Of a DNA stretch of 64,000 bases, positions 39,801 to 52,323 are shown piece after piece. Origin of the DNA: Pecten maximus (taxonomy: Eukaryota); NCBI RefSeq assembly GCF_902652985.1, contig NC_047020.1:37634001-37698000 (forward strand), written 5' to 3'. Positions within the stretch are counted from its first letter, which is position 1. Every line of letters begins with the position of its first letter. The position numbers and the translations under genes are program-made. The notes under the pieces are model-generated. The model worked only from the letters and a program-made list of their open reading frames with translations. It did no database searches and was not told the origin of the DNA.

Positions 39801-41353
39801 CTGATATGACCCCGAACGGTGAGAAATTAAATTGACCATTTATTCAATCGCGATTTATCGACCTTGTTTTATGTTCATGTCTGCTTATCTTTAATCATAG
39901 CATACGCGTTAATTAATTTCGCAATCTGCTTCGAAACTCATGAGAAAACAACGTACTTCATCCAGCGGTTTATTAGATGGCTGCTTTCAGGAAAAATATC
40001 TTATCAAGCTGTATATCAAGTTATACCGAATGTACTTTCAAATTTGTTTTGAATTAGATTGACATATAGCAAAATGCATACAATTGACTTTGGCATAGAA
40101 TGTATGCATTTCTCTCACACGATTTGTATCCTACTCACGCCTACTGTCGAATCCAGGGTCTTGTGTGTCATCTGCTTATAGTTCAGCGCGAGTTCTAGTA
40201 TACAATTACAATCTCTTTTGTACAACCTTTGAATATCAAACACCTGCCATCGCCCCAAAAGGGAGATCATTTTTAATTGGCGTGGCTTACTGCCTGAAAT
40301 TGTACGGCTTAAATTCCATCAGACACTGAATTTATTCACACATCAAATAGGTCTGACATAATACATCGCTTGCTGTTGTTTGTTTAAGCAAAGACAATGG
40401 TGGTGAACGCATGAGGAGAAATAAATGTCGCAGAAAGTGTTGAAAGGCAGACATGGGGAATATAATCATGAAAAAACAAAACTACCAAGCCTTGTCGCCC
40501 TGAGTACGGTTAAGAATATGTGTGCAAATGTCAATGCGTTTAAATACAGCCATTGTTAGAATGATTCCTCACTTGTATTTCTTTGTATCTGTCTAAAGCA
40601 TGCATCATACAAACATCGTAAATACGAATTAGAATAAGGATATAAATATAAATGTATATTGTTTTGACAGGATTGTCTGACTTAACATGCGCTGGAGTTA
40701 CGTAACCTATTTTTGTCACTTCAAACAAACAAAATCCGTCCTATTTTAATTACTGTGTTTGTCGTTACCTGTTGTTCTTAAGTGTCTCGTCGTAGATATC
40801 AAAATGACATCATCAATATACCTGAAACGTTATTTGAGTACGAGATTTCATTTCATGTCCTTATTTGTTCATGCAAGTTATTCATACGGAAATAACAGGA
40901 AAACTGAAACAGTATAACGAGCTTCGTAGTAACCATGGTAATGTTTTGAAGTTATGTTTTGTATACCTTGAATACATTTGTCTATTTTGATTCATTTAAA
41001 TTGCTGAATATGACATGTGATCTTTTGGTAAGAAAATAAATCTGTTTCAATAAACATGTCTTTGTGTCTGTATGATCATTATTGTCGTAAAACAATTGGA
41101 ATAGGAATTTTGGGCATTCGATGGATTCCATGAACGACTGCTATTAAGAATGGGAAAACAAATATGCAGGATTCAAACCTTTGAAATATCAAGACCGTTC
41201 TAAGAATGAATAATTTGTGTTGCGAATTAATTGGGGTCTTGAGAAGATTGTTAAAATTAAAGCCAGTTTGACCTCTATATCATTCCCTTCAGCCCCTGGA
41301 GGCGGGCCAGTCTTATCAATTTCATAATCTCAAATACATTATGATAAACTTCA

Positions 41354-41377
41354 CCCCCCCCCCCCCCCCCCCCCCCC
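41354..41377. repeat. C24 homopolymer
   Basis: 24 consecutive C; G-quadruplex-competent on the minus strand. Confidence 0.95.
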
Positions 41378-41623
41378 TTACTAAGGGGCAAGTATTAGAC
41401 CTTTGGGTAATGCATTCACAGTTTTGAAAAAGAACCTCACGACCATTTCTTCTATTCTTATTTTAAGCATATTTTCGTCTGAAGAAGATTGTTGACACAC
41501 GACCCAATTTGACCCAATACAGAGAGCATGTGTCCTCAACTAATTAACAATTCAAAATGTCCAATGCATATAATTTACATTTCAATTGTTTACATGATGA
41601 GGAAAATAAAGGAAAGGTGAATG

Positions 41624-42383
41624 ACAAGAGGCCCATTGGGCCTGCATCGTACAGCTACCTGTGATAGTTCGATGACTGTCTTAAAACACTCATATTACAC
41701 ATACACATCCAAATTTAGAATCTGCAACTTAAAACTAAGTTCTGCAGTCAACACATTCCTTCGGATTCAAAGCCAATTAAGTTGAAAAACACTCAAAAGT
41801 ACTTCAAAGAAATTATCTCTAACCTTCCTTTCATGGCCCAAGCCCTTCAACCATTGGGAAGCAAGATCAACTATGTACAGTGTATACATAATGAACTGCC
41901 CTTCACCGAAGGATGCATCATACTAAATTTTGACCGAATCTTTTATTTCCTAAAAGAGGGAGATTTTAAAGAATTTGTTATATTTCCCTTATTGGGTCCC
42001 ACCCATCAGGCCCCGAGAAAAAAAACATCGTTTATATAAAATTGGTTCCCTGTCGACCAAGAATGTTTCAGACCAAATATGGATCCTCTCATTCTTACGG
42101 ATGACGAAGGATTAAAAGCATTTGCTATTTCCCCCATATTTTCCCTATATTCGGCCCCGACTCTCAGGATCTTTTGGTGCCAAACCCACAATTTATGAAC
42201 ATTTAGTTCCCTTTCACTCGTGAATACCAATTATAGATCAAATAATTTCATTCTTACGGAAAAATAAGTATTTTAAAGAATTTTCTATGTTTCCCCTATT
42301 GCAACCCTTAGGGGCCAGACAAACTGTTTTACTAAGGAATGCTTCAGACCGAATTTGCTCCTTCGGACCAAGTGAGCAATAAA
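41624..42383. mobile_element. HINE/Pearl/DTC84-like non-autonomous element with ~150-bp core repeats
   Basis: acaagag + hairpin aggccca-t-tgggcct (41629-41643). Repeated ttccc.(t)attgggcccc / ttttaaaga modules. End cttcggaccaagtgagcaataaa resembles the typical ...caggtgagctaaa terminus. Confidence 0.7.
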
Positions 42384-43040
42384 CAAATTTCAAGAAATCA
42401 TGTTAAAGTGATACGTTTATGATGTAAGGTGCGGGTTGCCTTTGCTTCCTTTAACATTTTTGTTTGTATATGTCTCTGAAGACCAAACGGAGACTTTATT
42501 GTGATATGAAAGCAGTACAATGGTTATGGGTATACTTTTAATATTCGAAGTTTCCCTTAGGGTAAATGAGCTTGTAAAATATATGTTTTATTCATTTATT
42601 TATTTTTTTATCTATTTTCCCTTCTTACACTATATCTTTGACATAGGACTCACTAAATGCGATGAAAAGAAGAATATTGATGACAATGTCAAGTATATGA
42701 ATGATTGTATAGAAATGAATAGATGAAACTGAAAAAGCCCAGAACACTAAAAAAAAGTAAGGATTGTCATAGCAATACTATAACAATAGGAAACAAATGT
42801 CTCTTTTGTCTAAATATCTCAAAGATGCCATATTTATTGATAAATAATCTGAAAATATTACATAAGTAAAAGTGATAATTAATACCGTACAAATGCCTTT
42901 GTGTTGCTTGAACAGTGAATTTAAAAGCAACCTCCCTTCATAAGGTGTTTCATCATCATCATGGGTACAGGTGTAAAACCATCAGGCGCTATATTTCATA
43001 GTTTTACAACTGTACTCGTTAGAATGATGAAACACCTAAT

Positions 43041-43297
43041 TAGGCGCCATATGAGGTGCTTGGTTCGATGCTCCCTACCTGTGTCGATTTGTGTGTCTCA
43101 GAATCTGAAACGGGCTGGTCTCTGCTGTCGCGGTTGCGTTCTTGGTCAAGACACTTTACCTTAATTGCTCTGGATGGCAGGCGAAGAGCCTCCCGTATAA
43201 TGCTCAGTTAAGTAGTCACCAACTACTACAAGGGATTCGCCTTAAAATGGCCCTTCCTGTTCAAGGGGCGAAAAAACCAACAAACACAAACAAACAA
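43041..43297 (+). mobile_element. 5'-truncated copy of the 14391 SINE family
   Basis: ggttcga..ctccctacc.gtgtcg, gaaacgggc.ggt, caagacactttaccttaattgc and caccaactactaca are shared with 14457-14630; caaa tail. Confidence 0.82.
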
Positions 43298-43849
43298 GCG
43301 TTATATAGGAAAACAGCTACAATCCTAATCTTAAATGAAGGAACACAACATTAAAGGTAAAATGCAATTCGACAATTATTGCTGGAAAAATCAAACGGTA
43401 TATTGTCAACAGAACAAGATTGGAGTGTTTCAGCTACTTCTAATGTTACGCATTGCATTCTTCTTTCAACAGTTCAAAAGCCTCCTCGCTGTATAATGTT
43501 TTTGAGACATGATGTATTTATCCCCTTGGGGTACACAACAAGCTAAGCTAAGGGGTAAACTACATTCTAAGCGATTTAACGTAATTTTAAGTGTTTGCCT
43601 TAAGAAAATGATATAATCGGAAGAACAAACGTTCCAATTTGTTAAAAATGATTAATCCTTGTTTCATGTTACATTCAAGTTAAGCGTGAAGCACGAAACC
43701 CTCCAATGTATTATTCGTTCACTAGAAAGAAATGTGTTTATGTGTCTCCAGACAACGTAAGCGGCGTTAATATACTACTTCTTCAATAAAACCTTCTAAT
43801 TAAAGCTTTACGTGCCATTGTACATACGGTTCAAGCGCCATTAACATGT

Positions 43850-44125
43850 TACAAAAGCATCACAGACGAATGCACAATACGATAGTATGTCCCTGTCCAA
43901 AACTTAAACGAAATATTAAATGAATTGATACAATGATTGCTAGACCCCACAAGAACATTTATGTCACACATTTGGACAATAAAAGATATCTTTGACTGAA
44001 ATGTAGACCCGAAGAAACTTGCACCAAACCATTAACCAATTGCTGATGGACAGACGGACAAAGACGAGTTATAATTATATGATACTAAATTATATACATT
44101 CGTCGAAATTCGACGGGCATATAAA
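43850..44125. mobile_element. Short HINE-like element
   Basis: acaaaagcat...aatgc start, ggacagacggac microsatellite, terminal hairpin cgtcgaa-a-ttcgacg followed by ggcatataaa. Confidence 0.5.
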
Positions 44126-44636
44126 GCAAACATTGATTTGGCAGAGGAAAATATAAAAGTCATATTTAAGATATTTATATTACTGGACGATTATCCAACA
44201 GGGTGAGGATGTATCCATTTGATCATGCGATTTTATTGCGATACCATTCCCTTGTGTCCTACAAGTCGTGATAATCAAAGTTTTGGAAGTTTCCTCTTCA
44301 TAGCTGTACTTAACGGCATACACACTTTAGGTACACCCTACACAGCTTTATGACAATTCATCAAAGACTGCTAGACGAAGTAATGGATAGTTGTAGGCCT
44401 TGCAGAAATAATTTAATACTGAAAATGAGATACTACAGAAGAACGAGCATGCTGCCAAGTATTGTAAACAAGAACGGGGTATAAAGAGAGTTCCGAAAAA
44501 AATCTTAATTCATCTCGGTAAACTAAGATATATTATGTAAGTACAAGTGGGAAGATATTGCGTCGACGGGAAATGTTTGCCACTCATATTGCAGTTTGAA
44601 CAGCATTATCAATACCACATTTTTATTTATTTATTA

Positions 44637-44841
44637 GGGGCCGCGTCGAGTGGTTAAGGTGTCCTGACACTTTATCACTAGCCTGTGTGTCCCGAGTTCG
44701 AAACCCACGTGGGGATGTTGCCTGGTACTGACCATAGGCTTTTCTCCTAGTACTCCAGCTTTCCTCCACCTCTAAAACTAGGCACGTCATTAAATATCTC
44801 TGGGTGTTGATAGGACGTAAAACAAATTAAACCAAACCAAA
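44637..44841 (+). mobile_element. tRNA-derived SINE (same family as 26768-26987)
   Basis: ggggccgcg..cgagtggttaaggtgtcc head, box B gagttcgaaacc, core ttttctcctagtactccagctttcctccacc, tail aaaccaaaccaaa. tttatttatt on both flanks may be a TSD. Confidence 0.85.
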
Positions 44842-46014
44842 ATATATTTATTTATTCATTTATTTATTTATTTTATTTGTGTGTGTATGTTTTTTATGTG
44901 TGTTTGTTGGTTTGTTAGGTTTTTTTGCCAAAATATAGGCAAAACATACAGATTTGCATGAAGGTATCTGCAAGGTGCAATTGGAGTAAGACCGAGTTGT
45001 TCGCAATAGTATTCGTATATACATGTATATCGTATTAACTGGTACAGTGAAAAACACATGGTACAGATATACTTCATATCCATTTAACCAGTATATTGTC
45101 CCTCCAATTGTTAAAAACAAACGAAAACCACGTCCCAAATGCCTGTATTGTCAATGTCACTGCATCATGGATGGCAACCGCTTAAAAAAGGCGCCGAAAT
45201 CTAAAACTAATATATCTTATTCCACTTAGGGATAGACACAAATACATATGACAACACCGTGCATTTCGAATTGTTTACGCCTTCTCAGGGGGATAACGTC
45301 CCATATACACACCAACCTTCCAGCAGCTGTATCATTGCTCCTGTGAGCACAATAAAACCAAAGAAAAATATTTAGTTTGTCTTGAGACAGAATAAAACAT
45401 TGTTTGTTTAGGTCATTGTCAAATAAAGAATATCTTTCTATTGACATATGTCGTTAGCAGAACAGACAGACACAATTTGAAATTTGTTTCTGTATGTCTG
45501 CCTGTCTGTCTGAATGCACTCCGGAGTCTTCTTTTTTTAAGTCTTTATTTAGTCTTTTTTCTTTTCTAAACATTTTCAAATAAAGTAGACTTAAAGTCAA
45601 ATCCAATTTTAAAAATGTATATTTTATGTCTTTTTGTACAAGACGCAGTCATGTGGAATTCAATGAACAATTATTTCTGTTCCTACTAGTATTTAGATAA
45701 TGAAAATAATAAATTCTTAAACTAATGTAAAGCATTTTCCCGAAATCTGGTTTCTGTAAATATGTCTAAGATGGATGCATTAATTTTAAAATTATATTAA
45801 GGTATATTATATCATATTAGTATACCTCACGTTACAGCAGCCATGAGGAAGATAAAACTTCATATAACCATGCATTTTATATATGGTAAGAGTTTCTAAG
45901 GGCGACTGGAAATAATACTTCAGAATGGAACCATATTAATCGCGCAACTTGATCCAATGGCTTTGTAATAAAGTGATATTCATATCATGAAACAATTTCC
46001 GAATATCATCATCA

Positions 46015-46452
46015 ATCATTATTTCCCTCAGATATCATATTTCCCTCGGATGGCATATTTCACTCGAATGTCATGTTCCCACGGATGTCATATTTCCCTC
46101 GAATTTCATGTTCCATCGAATATAATATTTCCCTCGAATGACATGTTCCCACGGATGTCATATTTTCCTAGAATTTCATTTTCCCTCGAATTTCATGTTC
46201 CATCGAATATGATATTTCCCTCGAATGCCATGTTCCCACGGATGTCATATTTCCCTCGAATTTCATGTTCCATCGAATATCATATTTCCCTCGAATGTCA
46301 TGTCAACTCGGATTTCATATTTCCCACGAATGTCATATTTCCCTCGAATGTCATGTTCCCTCGGATTTCATATTTCCCTCGAATGTCATATTTCCCTCGA
46401 ATATCATGTTCCCTCGGATGACATATTTCCCTTGGATGTCGTATTTCCCCCA
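46015..46452 (+). repeat. Composite 17/18-bp minisatellite (atatttccctcgaatgtc / atgttccctcggatttc)
   Basis: About 25 interspersed 17- and 18-bp monomers; source of ORFs 45987, 46225, 46265 and 46351. Confidence 0.92.
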
Positions 46453-48989
46453 TGCATAATAACACTTCTGAGAAATGAAACTAATAGTTTTTGTCACGTA
46501 ATAAGAATCATTCCCAGATTGTAAAAAATGTCGAAGATTGTTACACATTGATGACCCTGATCTTTATGATTATAATTAAAAATAGTTCGACAACCAAAAA
46601 TGTTCAAGCTCATGTATTCCGTAAAGCATGTGCATGCTATGAAATACATTGAAATACAATAAGCTTTACCGGGGGTACCAAGCCGGCGATGAGAAAGTAT
46701 GATGGATTAAAACAAAAATAGGCTGTTGCATATTTTGTACAATACCAAAAAATGCATACTTCCAATACACTATTACCAACCTCCAAAAGTCTGAGCTTCT
46801 CTTTATAACAAATTGCATCCCGCAGGCATTGTTCGCACTCCACATTTATATTCGGTAAGTAACTGTCGGCGTTATAAATGATTATTTTTTAGACGCAGTT
46901 ATCATTTTTTTAATTTTTTTTTTTATTATAAAATAATATTTTTATATTGACTTCCGTCCAAAAAAGCTCATAAAAATGCTGGTTTACTAGGTATTTCTAA
47001 AAACAGATTAATTATGTTATACATCCCATTGGTATTGTCCAACAATGTAAACTATCTTGCACGATTTTGAAAAATGGCAAGCAATAATTTTGATTCTTAA
47101 TCATTAAATTATCGTAAGAATTAGTGTATCGAAAGCATTTTAATGAGTTATTAGTTTACTTTTAATTGAGTATTGTTTAAAAGATAAAATAAAATATTTA
47201 CAAATGCCTCAGAAATCAGTCTATCATTACATATACAAGAAATACTTACGTTCATTGCGTGATTTTCAAAAATCAACTAAGTCAGTTAATCAGAAAACTA
47301 TTATAACCTTTAGATTTCAGTCAATACATGGTTTTATTAACCAGAAATTTCGACTTCCTTTCCGAAATCATGATTCTGTTTCATAAACAAATCAAAAGCT
47401 ATGTAACAACATAAAGCTGTGTAATTTATTTAATGGTCTAAGACAGAAATACCTAAAAGAATATGTTTTTAAGAAGGATAACTTAATTATCAGATTTTTC
47501 CTGGAGAGAAATTTATCAATGCCTCTTTTCATATCTGAACGGAGTAATGAGCCTTTGTCGTTATGCTGGCTGCATACTGTTTACTACAATGCTGATCGCC
47601 ATCCTCTGTTATGGCATAAAGCCTTCTTAAAAATGAAAATATACTCATAAACAAATACAAACGTACTCATACGATAGTTTTAATTTATCATCACTGGCGA
47701 CTAGACTACCTTCAACACTTTAACTCATCTAGCATAAAGGGGAAATGCATTAACCCTCCACAAATGATTTTTACATCACATATTTAGGAAGCGTGCCAAT
47801 GTTGTATATAAATACCTTGAGGTTAGATGGTCCTAATATAACATTAACCTAAGGGTAGGTCGGAGACCACAATGGCACCCATTTGTGTTCAAATATAACA
47901 TCAACTCCTCTGGATCTCTGACACGTTATTTGCAAAAAGGAACAATGGAACAATACAAACATGGCAACACATACAAGAATGCTAACAATAACAATAAACA
48001 AACTCCTAAATGAAGCCATACCTTAAACAATTAAACCGATCAGAGGAAAATATGTCATTGATAACTTGTCAGACCAGTCAAAAAACTTGTAACAAATAAT
48101 GGATACAATGTTTTACTATGTTACCGATAGGTTTGTGGTGACGAGTGGAGGTAATGAAGTATTAAATATTACTATCGATAGATTGCGTTATGAAAACAAT
48201 CATGTAATGAATTAACGATTTTGGAGTCAATGGCAGTAAACACTGTAATATAATGCGTACAATGAGGAGGATCGAGTTACGACATCAATAACATATAACA
48301 ATAACAAAGTCGTAAATAACATAGGTCTTTTTATAAGTTTTAGATGTTTTGTCAATGTTATTGGCGATAAAACATCCGTATCAAAGGACACGATTGCCGG
48401 TGAGCGGATATTAATTGTTAGAGACTACAAGGAAAAAGAATATAAATTCAATTAATACTTATTGGTCAGTTAGTCAATATGGAAAAACATGAGTTATGAA
48501 GTATAAACATACACTTTTTGTTCCAAATGTTCTGTTGTGCCAAAGCGATTTGCATTTCGGTCAAACATCTTCCAAATATTTTGTGGCAATCCTGATTTTG
48601 TGAAACGGTCTCACAATAACCAAGAGTTTTTTTGTTTGTTTGTTTGTTTTGTTTTGTTTGTTTGTTTGTTAGATGAATCACTCTTCCTGAAAATTGAGAA
48701 GACATCTGAAATATTGGAGAAATCGTTCATATTTGACTATTAAGAAATTTCTACATGTAATGCAAGTGGAAAACTAAAAAGATCTTATGATAATATCTCA
48801 AAATATAAAACGTCATAAACAAATGAAATTCACATAATACATATGGTGTGCTGATGTGCTGTTTGAGAAACCAGAAATAAAGAAATATCTTAAGTCCAGA
48901 TTTCCCAGCATACTTGATTTCCACAGTCACTGGGCCATCATTTCCCGAAGATGTTCTGTAAATGAAGGCGGTGTTGTTGAGATGTCCAC

Positions 48990-49150
48990 TACGTCATCGA
49001 AATATATACCAAGTTTGGCTAAAGTTGGACTTATACCTGTACCTTTCTCAGATACGGATCTAAACGGGAAATCTAAAGGTGAAATGTTTACGACGACGCC
49101 GCCGCCGTCGCCGCCGCCGTCGCCTGCTTCATTGATGACATGGGCTATGC
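48990..49150. mobile_element. HINE-like fragment with (acg)/(gcc) microsatellite
   Basis: ataccaagtttggct...aaatgtttacgacgacgccgccgccgtcgccgccgccg is the core-to-microsatellite junction typical of these elements. Ends are unclear. Confidence 0.5.
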
Positions 49151-52100
49151 AAATCTCCAAATGTAGGTCAAATCCAAAGTTATGCGCTCAAATCAGAACT
49201 AGAGACGTGACAACGGAGAGTCCTATCACCAAGCATCAAACAACTCCATATTTACAGATAGATGAGTCCGAACTGCTTTGTATTGCCTTGTGCTGTGACA
49301 GTCGCATGTGTAAATATAAAAATGATCGTAATATATTGACGTAACCTGTGTTCCTCGACACCTATCTCAGCTAACAAATCAAATTTTGGATTAGATAATC
49401 TACTTTCCTATTTACAGTTTATAGTGATTCAACTGTAATCGAAAAAAAAAATTGTAACTATCATTTGAATAGTTGATGTTTCAGATAGAGGTAATTATAT
49501 GCATAAATAATAATGTTCCGTCGTGAATCTATTTATACATGTAACGGTTTCAGGAACTGGGAGATAACATAGTTTGTCATTTTGTTGCAATGATAAAAGT
49601 TCTTCATAAACTTTTTTAGAAAAACACTTATTTGAGTTTTCAATCAATTCAATTCAAGCAATTTGATTTTCATCAGATAATTGTTTCAATGCTTACAGAA
49701 ACAAAAATAAAGTATTATTCCACCATAGCAAAAGCCTCAAATTGATTCCTCATGTCATTTTGAAAAAAATATCCTAAAAATCTTTTGATATGGGTTCTAG
49801 AATTAGCAACAAAACTTACTTAAGACATTTGTTGCTGTTTTAACAGAAAAAAAACATCACGAAAGAATGAACATTTCACCATAGCAAGATTCATCACTAG
49901 ATATCAAAAAGTTGCCAAAACGAAGTTTCGAAAACATATTCAGAAAAAAAAATATATCCGTTTATATACATGTGTATTTTGATAACTTTGTGGAATATAC
50001 TTCCAGAACACCTGGTTTTATTCTGTTTATACTTTTCGAAGAAATTTTGAATTAATTTGTACGTACATGTATGTATATATTGTTCTCGTGTTATCGAATC
50101 CCAGTTAGAACTATGATTTTCTGTACATGCCGGTATTCTCTGTTTCTTGAGTCTGTGTCACACGGAAGAAACACATTTACATACATTACTCCAGCGTCCC
50201 TGATCGAAGATTATAGAAATAAAACATGTTATCTAGTCACCAAGAAAAGGTGTGTAAAATCGTACATTCCGTAAAAGGAAATTAACCAATCTGACTACTT
50301 ACCAAGAAAGTAGAAGTTGTTTTGTCCACAAGATTTGAGATTTTATGTGGTAGGAAATTGGATTCACATAAACATTTAACGTTGTGTAATAGTTGTGAAA
50401 TACAGAATAATGGAATCTAAATGACTAACATGTGTATCCGTTATCTTGTTTTCTGCTTTTAGGAGATCTTACAATACTCTTTAACACTACGGAAACATCA
50501 AGCCTTTCTTTTCTGTCTACTCTGCGAAAACTCATTGACTTGTTTTAAATATTCTCATTTATCAGTTGGAGTAAAACGAGACTTATTTAGAATGAATAAT
50601 TGGCAGTTCTCTATCAGAGGAATTTAACTTTACATTAGGATAAATTGCTATCAAGAGTCTTTTTCAAAGTGACGTCTGCATCCAACTGAAATTCAATAAA
50701 ATACATCATTTAAGTTAATTTAAAATATACATGTCTGAAACAGGATTTATCCTTAATGTTTCATCAAGGCAATTCTTTAATTTGTATTTATTTACAGGAA
50801 AAGTAACCCTGATACACATTTGATTTTACAAAACGAAAGCGACACTTACCCTGCGTGCCCTCACACAAAACGAGAAATGTAGACATTCAAGATGGCAGAT
50901 TGGTGTCAGTTCGATACTGCAAAGCGTGAAAATCGGTGACAGATTCGGCGTTGGCCTTTCTGAACTGGCGGAGATTGTATACTTCAAAAATATTCTATCA
51001 ATACCAACTGGTAACACATTGTGTCAGGTGTATTCGTGCTTCTATAATATTAACAAGAACCATAAATACATGATCATATGCACTGTTTTAGTAATTCTAG
51101 TATCTTTGGATAATCTTCTTTTTTTTCTTTTTTTAGAATATTAGTAGTTCAAATGAATATTTGATAAGAATATCTGTACCCATTACGGGTGCAGTTTATT
51201 GGCGGGTTATTTCGATCTATACCCAGATAGTCCATGATAATCATAAACATTTTATGGCATGTACCACGGCATGTCGTGTAATCAACATTAATTGATATGT
51301 GATATTGGTATATGTTATATGGATTCCGCTCGCGAGCAATTCTCGTGAGATTTTACGGGATGTCAATCTCATAAGATGCTATTTCTACCAGTCTCTCGCG
51401 AGATTTGATAAGATATCATTTGGTTATCTGTCAGTTCAATCCAAATGTTTGAAAAGGGATACCATTGCAGTTTTCTAGAGCACGCAAGGATTGACAGGCA
51501 ATCCTTCGGGATAATAATTAAAGTTTTCCCGACAATTGTAAGTCTAGTGATTACATCAACGGTAACAGTCTTTCCTTCGACGGGCTATCATCACCATACC
51601 AAAGAAACGATCGATGATTGTCGTAAAATCAACTGACAAAGTTATAGCCAGTCATAAAACCAAATGTTGTGATTGCTAACCCACATTCACAGCATTAAAA
51701 CCGAACTTTTCCTGCAAGAAAGCCTCGCTTTAACCCTATTTTCAAATTGTTTTGTAAATTACTAAAACTAAAATTCAAATTAGCGATTGAATTGATTTTT
51801 TATCCACGAAGGCATGTGCATGTATATCACGTCTTGTTATATAACATTTGCCAATATGACGATGTTCTATATTACCACTATATGTATAAAAAAAATAATA
51901 ACACAAATAAAATATCACTATTATGACGTCATATCTTATAACGTCACGTTTTATCTATTGGGAAAAAAATCATATTTTTTTCCAATATTGTTTCAACGTT
52001 ATAAGAATTCGTACAGCTTTGTGATTGTAAAATTAAACTCTTCTTTAAAAGATTAAATCCGAAAACATTGCACTATCAGAATGATGAAAACATTACTTAA

Positions 52101-52323
52101 ACCGTTTTCCCCTTAATTTAAAAGATAAACAACGATACTAATGAAAGTTGTCCTTTAAAAGTATACCGATCGTGTATAATAATTAAACTACATGTGATAT
52201 AAAATTGGAAATGTAACTTTAAAAAATTAACAAAAACATCAATATCAAAACACTTTATATCTTTTATCTGAGAGTATAATCGAATAACTTATTATTATTA
52301 ACACTGACCTCTACTAATTATTC

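Noticed and set aside
48856-49344. 162-aa Pro-rich ORF and antisense Gly-rich ORF
   Set aside because: The Pro/Gly runs come from the microsatellite of a HINE-like fragment; no domain similarity recognised.
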